This document shows, one piece after another, positions 1 to 10,371 of a DNA stretch of 64,000 nt (positions within the stretch are counted from its first letter, which is position 1; each line of letters opens with the position of its first letter). The DNA is from a virus: IMG/VR virus record IMGVR_UViG_3300008886_000081; one strand, 5' to 3'. The notes beneath the pieces were generated by a model. It ran no database searches. It saw nothing but the letters and a program-made list of their open reading frames with translations, and had not been told where the DNA came from. The position numbers were made by a program, and so were the translations under genes.

Positions 1-2
1 AA

Positions 3-266
3 GTTATAAGATATATACCAAATGGTGAAGAAAAGATAAACCAGATATATGCCGCAAATGTCGATAAGGCAATCCGTCTTTTAAGAGCAGCTATCGAAAA
101 AGACAAGGACTTTACGATCTTAAAATCCAAACTTGGGGCCTTACTTTTTGTAAAAGGCGTACATTACAACAATGAACAAATACTTGATGAGGGTGCTAAA
201 TTAACTCAGGAAGGTCAATATATATTACAGGAACTTGGAGTAATTCCAGTGGAAACTAACACTTAG
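3..266 (+). CDS. 3' end of a gene truncated by the window edge; helical/TPR-like hypothetical protein
   Basis: Frame 3 is open from base 3 to TAG 264-266 (VIRYIPNGEEKINQIYAANVDKAIRLLRAAIEKDKDF...); not in the ORF track. Confidence 0.6.
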   Translation, partial: VIRYIPNGEEKINQIYAANVDKAIRLLRAAIEKDKDFTILKSKLGALLFVKGVHYNNEQILDEGAKLTQEGQYILQELGVIPVETNT

Positions 267-275
267 GTAAATATT

Positions 276-968
276 ATGATAGAGGATAAAAAGCTGGAGC
301 AATTACTTGAGAAACACGAGCAGGAAATTTCAGAATGGGTGGAAATTATTAATGAAAGTCATCGGAGTTGTCTACAAGGAGAGCAGCCCGAAAATGATAA
401 AAACATACCTTTGTATGCCTTATCTGGTGTGTTAGGTAAAATTTCCGAACTGTTTTTTAAATACGGCTCTTTTAAAGATACGTTTGACAATAGTAAAATG
501 TTCATTCATGTCGACGGGCCTGCACTAATTATCAGATCATCTAAAACCGGAATACAATTTGATTTCGGCATTGACCGAAATTCTATCTACCTGCATTGCT
601 ATTTCAGGGAAGCTTTGAATCTGCGTCACATGACAGATGACTTTTACAGGGATTTACTTTCTCTTGATGCTTTGGGGACATTTAAGGTGTCTGAATATGA
701 GGGCTACAGCTTTAATGATAATTATGCCTTTCAGGATGTGTTTGCTAACAACAAAAGTAATGTCTTTAAAATTTTAAGGCAGTATTTTGCAGGTGTCAGC
801 AGAGGTGATTTAAATGGTTTAGGCTATTTTGAGATTTCATGGAATACCGAAACGGATTTTTCTGATATTGTCAGAAATGCCTGCCTTGCATTTAAAACCT
901 TGTATAAAATGAATTACTCCCTTTGGAAAATTGCAGATCTTCAATCAAAGGAAAAGCCTACTAATTAG
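276..968 (+). CDS. hypothetical protein (230 aa)
   Basis: Long AT-rich ORF 9 bp after the previous stop; no motif recognised. Confidence 0.75.
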   Translation: MIEDKKLEQLLEKHEQEISEWVEIINESHRSCLQGEQPENDKNIPLYALSGVLGKISELFFKYGSFKDTFDNSKMFIHVDGPALIIRSSKTGIQFDFGIDRNSIYLHCYFREALNLRHMTDDFYRDLLSLDALGTFKVSEYEGYSFNDNYAFQDVFANNKSNVFKILRQYFAGVSRGDLNGLGYFEISWNTETDFSDIVRNACLAFKTLYKMNYSLWKIADLQSKEKPTN

Positions 969-1227
969 CTGTATAGTTTATAATTTCAGCTGTAAGGCTA
1001 TCACCCCAAAATTCATTTATGTTGGTTTCTTTACATTGCTGTGCGCAGTCGCGTATAAACTCGTCTGCGAGAGTTTCATCGTTACGAAATACTGCGGCGC
1101 AGTCACCAATTAGTCCACCACACTGAATGATTTTTTCCAAAAGGACAAGTGTCTCTTGATTATTATTCTGTTTCATCTCGCAAGCTGAGTGAGGTATTAA
1201 AGTAATGTATTTATTTTGAAACAACAA
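961..1227 (-). CDS. small hypothetical protein (likely start at MKQ, 1176)
   Basis: Helical, protein-like composition; convergent with 276-968. Confidence 0.5.
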   Translation of the reverse strand: MLFQNKYITLIPHSACEMKQNNNQETLVLLEKIIQCGGLIGDCAAVFRNDETLADEFIRDCAQQCKETNINEFWGDSLTAEIINYTAN

Positions 1228-1297
1228 TCGGACTATAGAATATGCCGCACATAGATACCTTTAGTAAAATCTGTATCTTTGTATAAAGAGTTAAACT

Positions 1298-1456
1298 ATG
1301 AGGATTTTTGGTGGACTTATAATAATAATCGCTTTTATCATTTGGGTTTTGTATAGGCTTTATAAGAAAGATCTCCGGCAAAACATGCATGCATTTTATG
1401 CCTGCTTAGCTTTCGTTTTGGTTTGGCTGGTAATTTATGGTATTATTCTTAGCTAA
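1298..1456 (+). CDS. 52-aa two-TM membrane protein (below ORF-track cutoff)
   Basis: Translates as MRIFGGLIIIIAFIIWVLYRLYKKDLRQNMHAFYACLAFVLVWLVIYGIILS*; a Bacteroidota -7-type promoter TATCTTTG lies at ~1274. Confidence 0.6.
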   Translation: MRIFGGLIIIIAFIIWVLYRLYKKDLRQNMHAFYACLAFVLVWLVIYGIILS

Positions 1457-1510
1457 ATCAGCTTCTCTCAGCTCTCATTAAAACCGATCTACAGGAAATG
1501 CACAATGTAA

Positions 1511-2797
1511 TTACCGAATTAAGGTAATATAGCCGTTGCGCTTCTGCGTTTCTCCTTTAGCATCGGTATAGGTCAGCACATAGTAATAAACTCCGGCAGA
1601 GCAGGCTTCGCCTGCGGTAGTCCTGCCGTCCCAGCTTACCACCGTTTGGGAAGTCAGTACAGAATCTTTTATCAGGTTGCCCCAACGGTTATAAACCGTG
1701 TATTTTACATCGGTAGCCTTTTTGATCGCAAAGCGCCAGGCATCGTTAACTCCGTCTTCATTAGGCGTAAAGACGTTTGGTATTGCTAATGTGGTATTGC
1801 AATCGCTTTCTACCGTTACGGTTACGGTATCAAAGGTGATCTTACAGTTATCCATGCGCTGAATAAAAGTGTAAATTCCCTGATCTGTAGGTTTAAATGT
1901 GAAATTGCTTGTATTACTAAATGGAGCCGGATTGCCGGGTATAAACCATTGACACTCGATACCTGTTTCCGGTGATCTGCCTAAACTTAGACTATCGCCT
2001 ATACAGATCGTGGCATCATTTCCGGCAAAGGCTGTAATTTCTATGGGTATTAAGCTGACATCATCAATGTTATACACGGCGGGTATATATGTTGTTGAAA
2101 AACCTGTAGCTAATCCTGTTGTAGCAACATCACTTTTAAAATTACCTATAGTAACATGATTTTCGTTGCCGTTTGCAACAAACGAACCCTGTATTCTTAT
2201 CCAGCTTAAAGTATCATCCATTATTACAGCAGGATTGTTCGCTACTTGAGGTGTTACATTAATCACTGAATTACATGAAATGTGACTGCCTATAATTGAT
2301 CCATCATCGAAATATAAACCATATTGATTGGTTTTTAATGGACTGACATTATCCAAATTGAGATAAATTTTCCCGCAATATTCTTTCCCATTTATTAAAG
2401 TAGAGCTTAGTTTGCCAATGTTATATCTTCTGTAATTAGCAAATACCGTAGCTGTAGGCGGAGAATATACCTCTGCCTGAATATAGTTGTTGCCTGTTCG
2501 CGGCCATTGATAGCAATCACCTCCGCCATTGTTATGAGATGGTACCCCACTTTCATTTGGCATTAAGGAACACGTGCTATACAAGAGGGATTGACAGTTA
2601 GGGTCTGGATTAAGATTGTCCCAGTGTGTAGCTAAATTAACTCTCATATTATAATTTGGACAGCTATCCAACTGTTCAAAACTCGGATTAATTACAAGAT
2701 TAACCTGGGCATTCATCAAACAGGAAAACAAAATAAAGCACAGCAGGAAAACCCTGCTGCACTTTATAGAGCTAATTATGTTACTTCTGTATAACAA
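1511..2797 (-). CDS. T9SS-secreted protein with type B CTD (gliding motility-associated C-terminal domain)
   Basis: Signal peptide; CBM-like NLVINPSFE domain; Ig-like AGNDATIC segment; C-terminal IPNVFTPNEDGVNDAW...VYNRWG...GVYYY...GYITLIR. Confidence 0.9.
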   Translation of the reverse strand: MLYRSNIISSIKCSRVFLLCFILFSCLMNAQVNLVINPSFEQLDSCPNYNMRVNLATHWDNLNPDPNCQSLLYSTCSLMPNESGVPSHNNGGGDCYQWPRTGNNYIQAEVYSPPTATVFANYRRYNIGKLSSTLINGKEYCGKIYLNLDNVSPLKTNQYGLYFDDGSIIGSHISCNSVINVTPQVANNPAVIMDDTLSWIRIQGSFVANGNENHVTIGNFKSDVATTGLATGFSTTYIPAVYNIDDVSLIPIEITAFAGNDATICIGDSLSLGRSPETGIECQWFIPGNPAPFSNTSNFTFKPTDQGIYTFIQRMDNCKITFDTVTVTVESDCNTTLAIPNVFTPNEDGVNDAWRFAIKKATDVKYTVYNRWGNLIKDSVLTSQTVVSWDGRTTAGEACSAGVYYYVLTYTDAKGETQKRNGYITLIR

Positions 2798-5700
2798 ACT
2801 TCTGTTTATAGACTTCCCCGTTAGATTTATCCGTGAGCTGCATTAAATAAACGCCATTGCTCAAATTCAGGTCAATGGAGTTCACCGTTTCGCTGCCGGA
2901 ATACTCTTTCATAAAGATAACCTTTCCTGAAATATCATGCACCGTTACCTTGTAACTTTCTACACCCATATTTGAGGCAGTGAAGTAGATCACACCGCTA
3001 CTCGGATTAGGATATACCGTGAAGTTATTTGGCGTTATACCGTTCCTCTGTTCAGGATTCTGGCGGATTTTACGATAAGCCACGTTGTTGGTATCGCCGC
3101 AATCGCTTTCGTAATGGAAATACACATCATAGATGCTGTTCAGCAAGACCCGCGCCTGATACACGCCGATACCCATTTGCATAGGGCAGCTGTTGGCTAA
3201 AACGATCAAATCAGCCATCACCGTACTGTCGTAAGTATCGGATTTGGTATGCAGGTAGATGCGGTACAGTTTCTTTAAACCGATCTCTACAGAATCTGCC
3301 GGACTAATGCCTGAAAGCGTCGTTTCCGCATTGGTATAATCCGCCTCAGACAGGTATTGCTCTACGGCAAAGAACTTACCGATATTGTCCGCGTCAGCCG
3401 AAGCCTTGAAGTTTTGAAGGATTGTATCGGTTGCCAAAAGCGTTGAATCTTCCAGCAAGGCACGATAGACGGCCAGCTTGCCATTCTTGCGGTTGCCTGT
3501 CAGATAGGTAGCGTATTCGTAGGCATCTGTCACGATGTTATCAAGATTTTCCTGATAGCCTGTAAACATCACAGGCTCTAAACCGGAAGGCACATAAGGG
3601 CAAGATACACCGCTTGAGCCGGTTGTTAGAAATAATGATTGTGGAACAGTAGTCTTATACCTAAAAGTTGAAATGGCCGCTCCATTTTCAGAGTTTGCAG
3701 GAAGAGTACTTAAATAGAGTTTGGAGTTGCCAGTAGCACTCCCCGGATCTATTGTACCATTAACATAAGTTTTATAAGCCCCTGTCCAGCTTCCTGCCCA
3801 GGTATTGTTGATCGGCTGTCCACTGGCCCCCTGTGTGCCAATGGTGGTATTATCCAGCAACATGGCCCGCTGGTGGCTTGTCATGGTATTTTGCTTCCAG
3901 CTGGTCAGGTTCTGTGAGCCGGAGAACGACGTTCCGTAGTAACTATTTTCGGTATAATTGCACCACAAGGACTGCCCCTTGTTCTCATCAGACACAATTC
4001 CATGCACCCGCTGTTTGGTCGTATTAAAGCCTTTGATGTTGTTGCTGACCACATTATCACCCAGATTATTGTGATGCTGAATACCAAACTGAAGCTGGCT
4101 ATTCACCCCGTTGTCTGTCAGAATAACTGTATTGGAATTATCAAAAATCCGCTGCTTGTTCCAGTTCAGGGCGCTGATGCCGCTAAACGCCTTGTCAATA
4201 GTATTACCCGACACCACAATTGGCACATTAGTGCCATTGAGCAAACTCGGGCTGAGAATGTTATCTGTGGCAATTCCCTGTTTCATACTCTGCGAGGCGG
4301 TAATAGAATTGCCGTAATTGGCTTTCAGCGTATTGCTCTGAATATTGACAGCGCCCACATACTGTAGCTGAATGGAACCCATAAAAGGATTGGTATTGGC
4401 AATAAAGACAATGCCCGTACCCAGGTTGGCTGCGAAGTTACGCTTCACATTGATGCCCCTGTAATCCACCGACTTTACATACACGCCATATTCACCCTTG
4501 CCCACAGGCGCATTGTATTGGCCCACTGTAGCGGATGTGTAAATCCTGTTGGAGTGAATGATATTAAACGCTACGGTCATGTACTGGATATTTTCCGTTT
4601 TGATACCATAAGAGTTATTAAAAAAGAAATTGGTGCTTTTATTGAAACCGTTGATGATCGGCCCGGCAGCCAGAGAAAAGGTTTGGGTGCCGCCAAGTCC
4701 GTTCGCCATTGATGAGATGCTGTTAATGCCGATTCCTCCGTCATAGAATTTAAAAGGCTTCCCGCCACCGGAGGTAGTGCCTGTTACATACTGGCTCATA
4801 TTCTGAAAAGCAGCATGCGCCACCATGACGTTTGAGTTTTCGGCATTGATGCCATAGTGCATATTGTCAAACACATTGTAGTAGTCAAAATTGCTGTAAA
4901 CATAAGGCACGGCTTCATAAGCTGTCATGCGGAACCCGTTATAGCTGCTGTTGGTGGAGTAAATGTTCAGCAGGCGGATGCCCTGATGTGCGACAGAGCC
5001 GGCGTTAGGAACTTCCATGTTTGATGTTGAATAGGTCGCCACGGAAAACTCATAACCTGTCTGCAGGTGAAGATCAGGTGTAAAGGTATTCGGGATAGTC
5101 GGAAACCCTTTTAATGTATAGGTATTGTCCGTAGGCCAGTTAAAGGTCAGTGGTAAGGCAGGATTCATTAACCGGTGATCGGGTGTGTACAGCTTGCGGC
5201 TTGTAAATACCATATTTGCCGATTTCATGGGGTAATTGCCTGAGTTGGTATTGTAATTGGCCGCGCTGATAGCTGTATGGTTCTTATTGAAGGTGCTGTT
5301 TTCAATAAAGAAAATGTCGGATGAGTTATAAGGGGCGGTCACATTGGATACATCCAGCGCCGTAATCGCATCCTCGATCAGGGAGTTTTTGGTAATTGTC
5401 ATATTCCCGTTCGGACCTGTAAAGCGAATCCCTTTCCACATTTGGGGGCAGCCTAAGAAGTGGCACTGGTTAAGGGTGAACTTCACATTATTGGGCACAA
5501 TGATTTCCGCATTGGTTCCCATGAAAATGGTGATGTTATCCAGTGTCAGGTCGGAAGTGAGGGTTAAAGGGCTATTGAGGTTGAAGGTTCCTCCGTTAAG
5601 ATTGCCTGAAGTAGCAGTGAAGGTTACAGCCGTTGACACCGAACAGCAGGCAATGGGGTTAACCAATGCTGTTGCGGTCAGTGTACATCCCGCAGCAGCA

Positions 5701-7508
5701 GAAGTAACCGTATAAACCACAGGCACACTTGGGGAAACCACAATGGAAGCTGTGGTAGCGCCGCCTGGCGACCATGAATAGGAGCCACTGCCACCAGCCA
5801 CGGTTAGTGAGGTATTAGCACCGGGACAGCTGGTAACATTCGGCGCTGCCGTTACCGTCAGGGTCGGATAGACATTCACCGTTGCTGTGGCTACATCAGG
5901 CGGGCATGACCCGGTAGTTCCTGTGACGGTATAAACAGTCGTTGCAGTTGGGGTAACGGTGATGCTTGTTCCTGTGGCACCCGTTGACCAGGTATAGGTT
6001 GTGGCGCCGGAGGCAGTCAAAGTAGCTGAGCCGCTGCCACAAATACTTGTATTTGATGGTGTGACAGCTACTAATGGTTGGGGAATAATGGTTACCGTTG
6101 CATGGGTATAGGCATAGCATCCGATGGCATCCGTTCCCTGTACGAGGTACTGAGTAGTGGCATTGGGTGACACCGATACCACAGACCAATCAGGTTGCAC
6201 AAAGCTCAGGCTCGGGTCGGGGTTTAAAGGCGTCCAGGTATAAGAACCAGACGAGAGCATATTGGCCGTGAGGATGGTGGGGCTGCCAGCGCAGGCCACT
6301 GCCGGGTTAGGTGTCACCGTAATGCTGTTGATCGGCTTGATAGACACATCATCAATGAAATAATAAGCCGAACGGTACATGGCTACATTTTGTGATGGGT
6401 TTTGATTGGACGCGTTACTGCTGCCAACCGGGACATAATTCCCGAACGTCATTCTGGAATAATTGGCTCCGGCCACAAAGGTGGCGCTGAGCTGTACCCA
6501 GCTTGTTGATGTCACCGGGCTGGAAGCCATATTCACGATCTGGCCCGCAGGACTGACAATCGCATTAAACCCTGTTTGTGACAGGGCGGTGTTATTAAAC
6601 AACACCTGAATATTTGAGGTTGCAAAAGAGTAAGTGGCGTCACGTTTTACCCACATGGTCATAGTATAGGTTTTCCCGGCTACCAGAGGCGTATTCATTG
6701 CCTCGCTTATGTATTCCCGGTAGCCTCTTTCTGCATAGCCCGTGCCGGCAGTCGTTTGCGTATAAAAATAGGCGCCGGCATAACCATTCCCACTATGAGC
6801 ACCGTTACCGGCACCATTGCAGATATAGTAGTAATCAGAAGTTCCTACCGAGGGGACGTTTCCTAAAGTACCACCGCAAGCTATTGTTGTGCCTGCATTA
6901 GGTAAGGTCCAGAAGCAGCTGGAAAAGCCGACATAAGGATCGTTATTACACGCTCCGACATTATAAGTTTGCGTTGCCACGCAAGGCAGTTTACTGTACT
7001 CAAAGCCTCCATCCTGAACGACCTGGCAGTTTGGCTGTACATAGTTGAAGCACCCAACAGGCAAGGCATATACATTAACGGATACGACCGGATATAAGGC
7101 CCCTGAACAGGTGCCACATACCTGGGCGATACTTGTCACCTTGAAATACAGGGTTTGAGGGGTGGACAGATCAGTAGCATACACATACATACTGCTATCG
7201 GCATGGAGTGAATCCAAAAACACAAAATTCAGGTTTGTACCATCAAATCTGTACAATTCAACCGTGCTCAACGCATATTGCGAGCCTTGTTGCAGCATCT
7301 TCAGATTTAACACGGTATGAGTACTATCTGTGGTGTATTTAAACCACTGCGCTGTACTGCTGAGAGTTTGGGTTTGCACCGAGCTATTATTGGGGAGTGT
7401 CGTGTAGGTTCCTGGTGGCGAGATCTGCGCCTTTATGATGGCAGAACTGAACAGGCACACGACAACGAGGACAAAGGACAAAGTGTTCTTTTTCGTTTTC
7501 ATAATCAT
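2781..7508 (-). CDS. large T9SS-secreted surface protein with type A CTD (1575 aa)
   Basis: Signal peptide; CBM-like domain; Thr-rich PKD/Ig-like repeats (TVTPTATTVYTVTGT); Asn-rich beta-helix-like region; C-terminal VYPNPSSG...LSNGVYLMQL...KFVIQK. Confidence 0.9.
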   Translation of the reverse strand: MIMKTKKNTLSFVLVVVCLFSSAIIKAQISPPGTYTTLPNNSSVQTQTLSSTAQWFKYTTDSTHTVLNLKMLQQGSQYALSTVELYRFDGTNLNFVFLDSLHADSSMYVYATDLSTPQTLYFKVTSIAQVCGTCSGALYPVVSVNVYALPVGCFNYVQPNCQVVQDGGFEYSKLPCVATQTYNVGACNNDPYVGFSSCFWTLPNAGTTIACGGTLGNVPSVGTSDYYYICNGAGNGAHSGNGYAGAYFYTQTTAGTGYAERGYREYISEAMNTPLVAGKTYTMTMWVKRDATYSFATSNIQVLFNNTALSQTGFNAIVSPAGQIVNMASSPVTSTSWVQLSATFVAGANYSRMTFGNYVPVGSSNASNQNPSQNVAMYRSAYYFIDDVSIKPINSITVTPNPAVACAGSPTILTANMLSSGSYTWTPLNPDPSLSFVQPDWSVVSVSPNATTQYLVQGTDAIGCYAYTHATVTIIPQPLVAVTPSNTSICGSGSATLTASGATTYTWSTGATGTSITVTPTATTVYTVTGTTGSCPPDVATATVNVYPTLTVTAAPNVTSCPGANTSLTVAGGSGSYSWSPGGATTASIVVSPSVPVVYTVTSAAAGCTLTATALVNPIACCSVSTAVTFTATSGNLNGGTFNLNSPLTLTSDLTLDNITIFMGTNAEIIVPNNVKFTLNQCHFLGCPQMWKGIRFTGPNGNMTITKNSLIEDAITALDVSNVTAPYNSSDIFFIENSTFNKNHTAISAANYNTNSGNYPMKSANMVFTSRKLYTPDHRLMNPALPLTFNWPTDNTYTLKGFPTIPNTFTPDLHLQTGYEFSVATYSTSNMEVPNAGSVAHQGIRLLNIYSTNSSYNGFRMTAYEAVPYVYSNFDYYNVFDNMHYGINAENSNVMVAHAAFQNMSQYVTGTTSGGGKPFKFYDGGIGINSISSMANGLGGTQTFSLAAGPIINGFNKSTNFFFNNSYGIKTENIQYMTVAFNIIHSNRIYTSATVGQYNAPVGKGEYGVYVKSVDYRGINVKRNFAANLGTGIVFIANTNPFMGSIQLQYVGAVNIQSNTLKANYGNSITASQSMKQGIATDNILSPSLLNGTNVPIVVSGNTIDKAFSGISALNWNKQRIFDNSNTVILTDNGVNSQLQFGIQHHNNLGDNVVSNNIKGFNTTKQRVHGIVSDENKGQSLWCNYTENSYYGTSFSGSQNLTSWKQNTMTSHQRAMLLDNTTIGTQGASGQPINNTWAGSWTGAYKTYVNGTIDPGSATGNSKLYLSTLPANSENGAAISTFRYKTTVPQSLFLTTGSSGVSCPYVPSGLEPVMFTGYQENLDNIVTDAYEYATYLTGNRKNGKLAVYRALLEDSTLLATDTILQNFKASADADNIGKFFAVEQYLSEADYTNAETTLSGISPADSVEIGLKKLYRIYLHTKSDTYDSTVMADLIVLANSCPMQMGIGVYQARVLLNSIYDVYFHYESDCGDTNNVAYRKIRQNPEQRNGITPNNFTVYPNPSSGVIYFTASNMGVESYKVTVHDISGKVIFMKEYSGSETVNSIDLNLSNGVYLMQLTDKSNGEVYKQKFVIQK

Positions 7509-7968
7509 TAAAATTTAATTGGGTTAGTAAAAAAATGGTTGTACTTAGTGCTTCTGAAGTACCAGGCACAGATTCACAGAAATAATAGATTTACATAAAA
7601 GTGAGTTTAAAAAGATTAATAACTAAGGACTGATAGACAGGGGCACAGGGGGCTGAAAGCTTACCATTTCAGATTGAAAGTAAGCATTCGGGGAAGTGTG
7701 AAGTTATTAAACTAACAATCAGATACTTTATTGTGTTAAGTTTAATCTTTTATAAGTGATCTGGATGCCAATAAACTTTAAGTTAATTGGTATATAGTTC
7801 GATTTTATACCATATCTCTGTTTTGTAAAAAATAGAATTTATGCAAACCCACACTTAAAAAAGAGAGTGCTTGTTTACTGGGTTAATAGTAATTGAATTA
7901 AGTTTTTTCAGCGCGCCAAGTAGCATTATTTAACCGGTATCATCAATACGTATTTTTACGCGATTTGA

Positions 7969-8397
7969 TTACTTTTTTCTGAGTGTTATATTAATGAAGA
8001 CAAAAGAAACTTTTTGTGTGACAAACCATCCTGCAAAGCAACACGGAATTATAATGAGTACAGATACTATGTTATACCAAACAGGATAAAAAGAAATGAA
8101 TGCGAAAGCAATTGCAAAACTGCTGACAACTATTCCAATCATTACAGTATGCCGCAAGTAACCATCTCCTATGATGTGTGGTAATGTTCCCCCTATGTAA
8201 CATGTAAATGCTTTGAGCAGGAGTACAACCGAAAAGAAAATACCGGGTGGGTCATGACATTGATAGTACATTATGCCTAACGTAAATAAGCCGCTATTGG
8301 GCAGGCACATCACGATTAGCAGATTCTCAATTAAGTAGCTTGCACATACAATAATTAGCGTACCTAATAGAATAGATAAACGATTAAAAGTTTTCAT
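7969..8397 (-). CDS. hypothetical integral membrane protein (about 4 TM)
   Basis: Four hydrophobic segments in 142 aa. Confidence 0.7.
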   Translation of the reverse strand: MKTFNRLSILLGTLIIVCASYLIENLLIVMCLPNSGLFTLGIMYYQCHDPPGIFFSVVLLLKAFTCYIGGTLPHIIGDGYLRHTVMIGIVVSSFAIAFAFISFYPVWYNIVSVLIIIPCCFAGWFVTQKVSFVFINITLRKK

Positions 8398-8420
8398 AAA
8401 GCCAAATGTATAAAAAATAC

Positions 8421-8450
8421 AAAAGTGCTAACCAATTGGTTAGCACTTTT
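8421..8450. promoter_or_regulatory. perfect 30-bp palindrome, candidate XRE operator
   Basis: AAAAGTGCTAACCAATTGGTTAGCACTTTT is its own reverse complement and lies between two divergent genes. Confidence 0.65.
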
Positions 8451-8485
8451 ATTTGTTAAAATTCGTCTATTTGGTTTAGATACTA

Positions 8486-8716
8486 ATGACCGAGCAAGAG
8501 AAAACTAAATTATTGAAACGCTTTGGAGATCACCTGGTAAAAGTCAGGGAAAGCAAAGGGTTGACAGCGGCAGAATTGGGCCGTTTGTGCTACATGGAAC
8601 GCTCCAGCATTGCCAGGCTCGAACGCGGAAGAACCAACCCCTCCCTGGTTGTTTTAAAGAAGCTCTGTCTTGGTATGAGGATAGAGCTGGATGAACTATT
8701 AAAAGGCTTTAAATAA
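8486..8716 (+). CDS. XRE/Cro-family HTH transcriptional regulator
   Basis: FGDHLVKVRESKGLTAAELGRLCYMERSSIARLERGRTNPSL is a classic HTH_3 pattern. Confidence 0.9.
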   Translation: MTEQEKTKLLKRFGDHLVKVRESKGLTAAELGRLCYMERSSIARLERGRTNPSLVVLKKLCLGMRIELDELLKGFK

Positions 8717-8798
8717 TCCAATAGACACCATAAAATTACGAGGATTCGTGACCCCGGAATCTCTGTAGCTTATCATTATATTTGACTTTTCAATAATT

Positions 8799-9194
8799 AT
8801 GATCGCGCACGTAATATATAAACAGTCAAATCCTGACTATGATAAAGAGTACGCCAAAGAATATCATGGCGGAAAGGAAAGTGAAAATAATCAAAAATTG
8901 CAGTGGCACGTTGCACTCAGTAGTAGCGTGAGTGACTTCACAGGGCATACTATAAGAAGGAATGAGGCTTTAGAAACAAGAGGTGGACAAATTAAAGGAA
9001 TGACTTTAATTGAAGGCTTGAGCGCTTCAAAAGGAATCATTTTGCTCGGTGCAGTATCCGATACCTTAGTAAAAAAAATTCATGTTCCCGTTAATAACCA
9101 ATATCAGATAATACGCATCTATATTTATCTACATGAAACAGCAGAATTTGTGCATGACGGGGCATTTTACTTTGAGCAATCACAACTAAAATAA
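8799..9194 (+). CDS. hypothetical protein (131 aa)
   Basis: ORF directly coupled to the next gene (1-bp gap). Confidence 0.65.
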   Translation: MIAHVIYKQSNPDYDKEYAKEYHGGKESENNQKLQWHVALSSSVSDFTGHTIRRNEALETRGGQIKGMTLIEGLSASKGIILLGAVSDTLVKKIHVPVNNQYQIIRIYIYLHETAEFVHDGAFYFEQSQLK

Positions 9195-9195
9195 T

Positions 9196-9849
9196 ATGTT
9201 TCAAAATATAGACTTTGAAAGGTATTCTCATAGTAGAATCTCATTCTATAATAGGCTTTCTAATTTCAAAATATCCGATGCCGACATCAGTGAACCTATA
9301 CTTTTAGATGCTAATTTCTTTGAAAAAATAGACACTCATCTTTTATATTACATTAACCGCAGAAGTGAAGAGACTAAATTTACTACGCAGGAGAACAGAG
9401 AATATAAAAGAATAATAAAGAGTGAATTTCCCGAAGTAATTCCTGTATTTGACCACAAAGGCCCAACTATTTACTGGTTTAAGATAAACTATGCAAATGA
9501 CATTTCGAATGAAATGATTTTAAACCAATATGGTTCAAAAAAAAATAATAAGAATGGATGGTGGACAAAGCATGATTTAAGGCGAAAGGACGCCAGTACA
9601 AATGTATTATACCTGGGTAAAATTGAGGCTGCATTAGAAAATAGATTTTTGCAGCATATAGGTATAGGACACAACTATACCACCGCCTTAAAATTATGCA
9701 AATGGTTGCCTGATTTAAAAGGCTTAACACTGACATTTCAGTTTTTGAAATTAAATAACGAAATGAAAATATACTTAGAAGATATTGAGAACGTAATGTG
9801 GCGTGAGTTGAATCCGTTAATGGGTGCATCACCACGGATTAAAGAATAA
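9196..9849 (+). CDS. putative GIY-YIG-like nuclease
   Basis: IYWF...VLYLGK...LENRFLQH...E...RELNPLMG follows the GIY-YIG motif order. Confidence 0.55.
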   Translation: MFQNIDFERYSHSRISFYNRLSNFKISDADISEPILLDANFFEKIDTHLLYYINRRSEETKFTTQENREYKRIIKSEFPEVIPVFDHKGPTIYWFKINYANDISNEMILNQYGSKKNNKNGWWTKHDLRRKDASTNVLYLGKIEAALENRFLQHIGIGHNYTTALKLCKWLPDLKGLTLTFQFLKLNNEMKIYLEDIENVMWRELNPLMGASPRIKE

Positions 9850-10180
9850 CCTCGAACAAGATACCTTGAATCAGGTTGCTCTTGTCAATTTCATAAAGTA
9901 GGGTTAGTATCGCTTCGCTGACCTTCATCAATCGCTACCTTAAGTTTTTATCGCTATTAAATTCTATGCTCCCGCGTAGTTCCGTATTAAGCCCGCGCAT
10001 TCCTGTTTTATAAGAACAATACTGCCGCTATCTCATCGCAAAATCAATCCCGATGAATACAGATCAATACAGAAGAACAATCGGAACAGATTGAAAATGC
10101 TCATTTATTACTCACAGTACGTTTGCTATAAAGTATACTATTCGCCCTATGAGGAATTGATAATACTACAGCATTATACC

Positions 10181-10363
10181 ATGAGAAAAAAAACTGTATT
10201 ACCCGAGGTTAATGTAGAATCTCAAAAGGATATTGATAGCAAAGACCATAAGAATGATGCACATTTACTGAAACTGTCTGTTGAAGAAAAAGAACTTGTT
10301 AAATTGCTCGCTTTGATATTTGCGAAATCTATCTTAAATTCGCATATCATTGACAATCAATAA
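10181..10363 (+). CDS. small protein upstream of the serine recombinase (possible accessory/directionality factor)
   Basis: ATG at 10181 within track ORF 10091-10363; ends 8 bp before the recombinase. Confidence 0.5.
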   Translation: MRKKTVLPEVNVESQKDIDSKDHKNDAHLLKLSVEEKELVKLLALIFAKSILNSHIIDNQ

Positions 10364-10371
10364 TATAAAGC

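Noticed and set aside
9910-10045. Recurring ATCGC(T) hexamers upstream of the recombinase operon
   Set aside because: Short, irregularly spaced, no extended consensus
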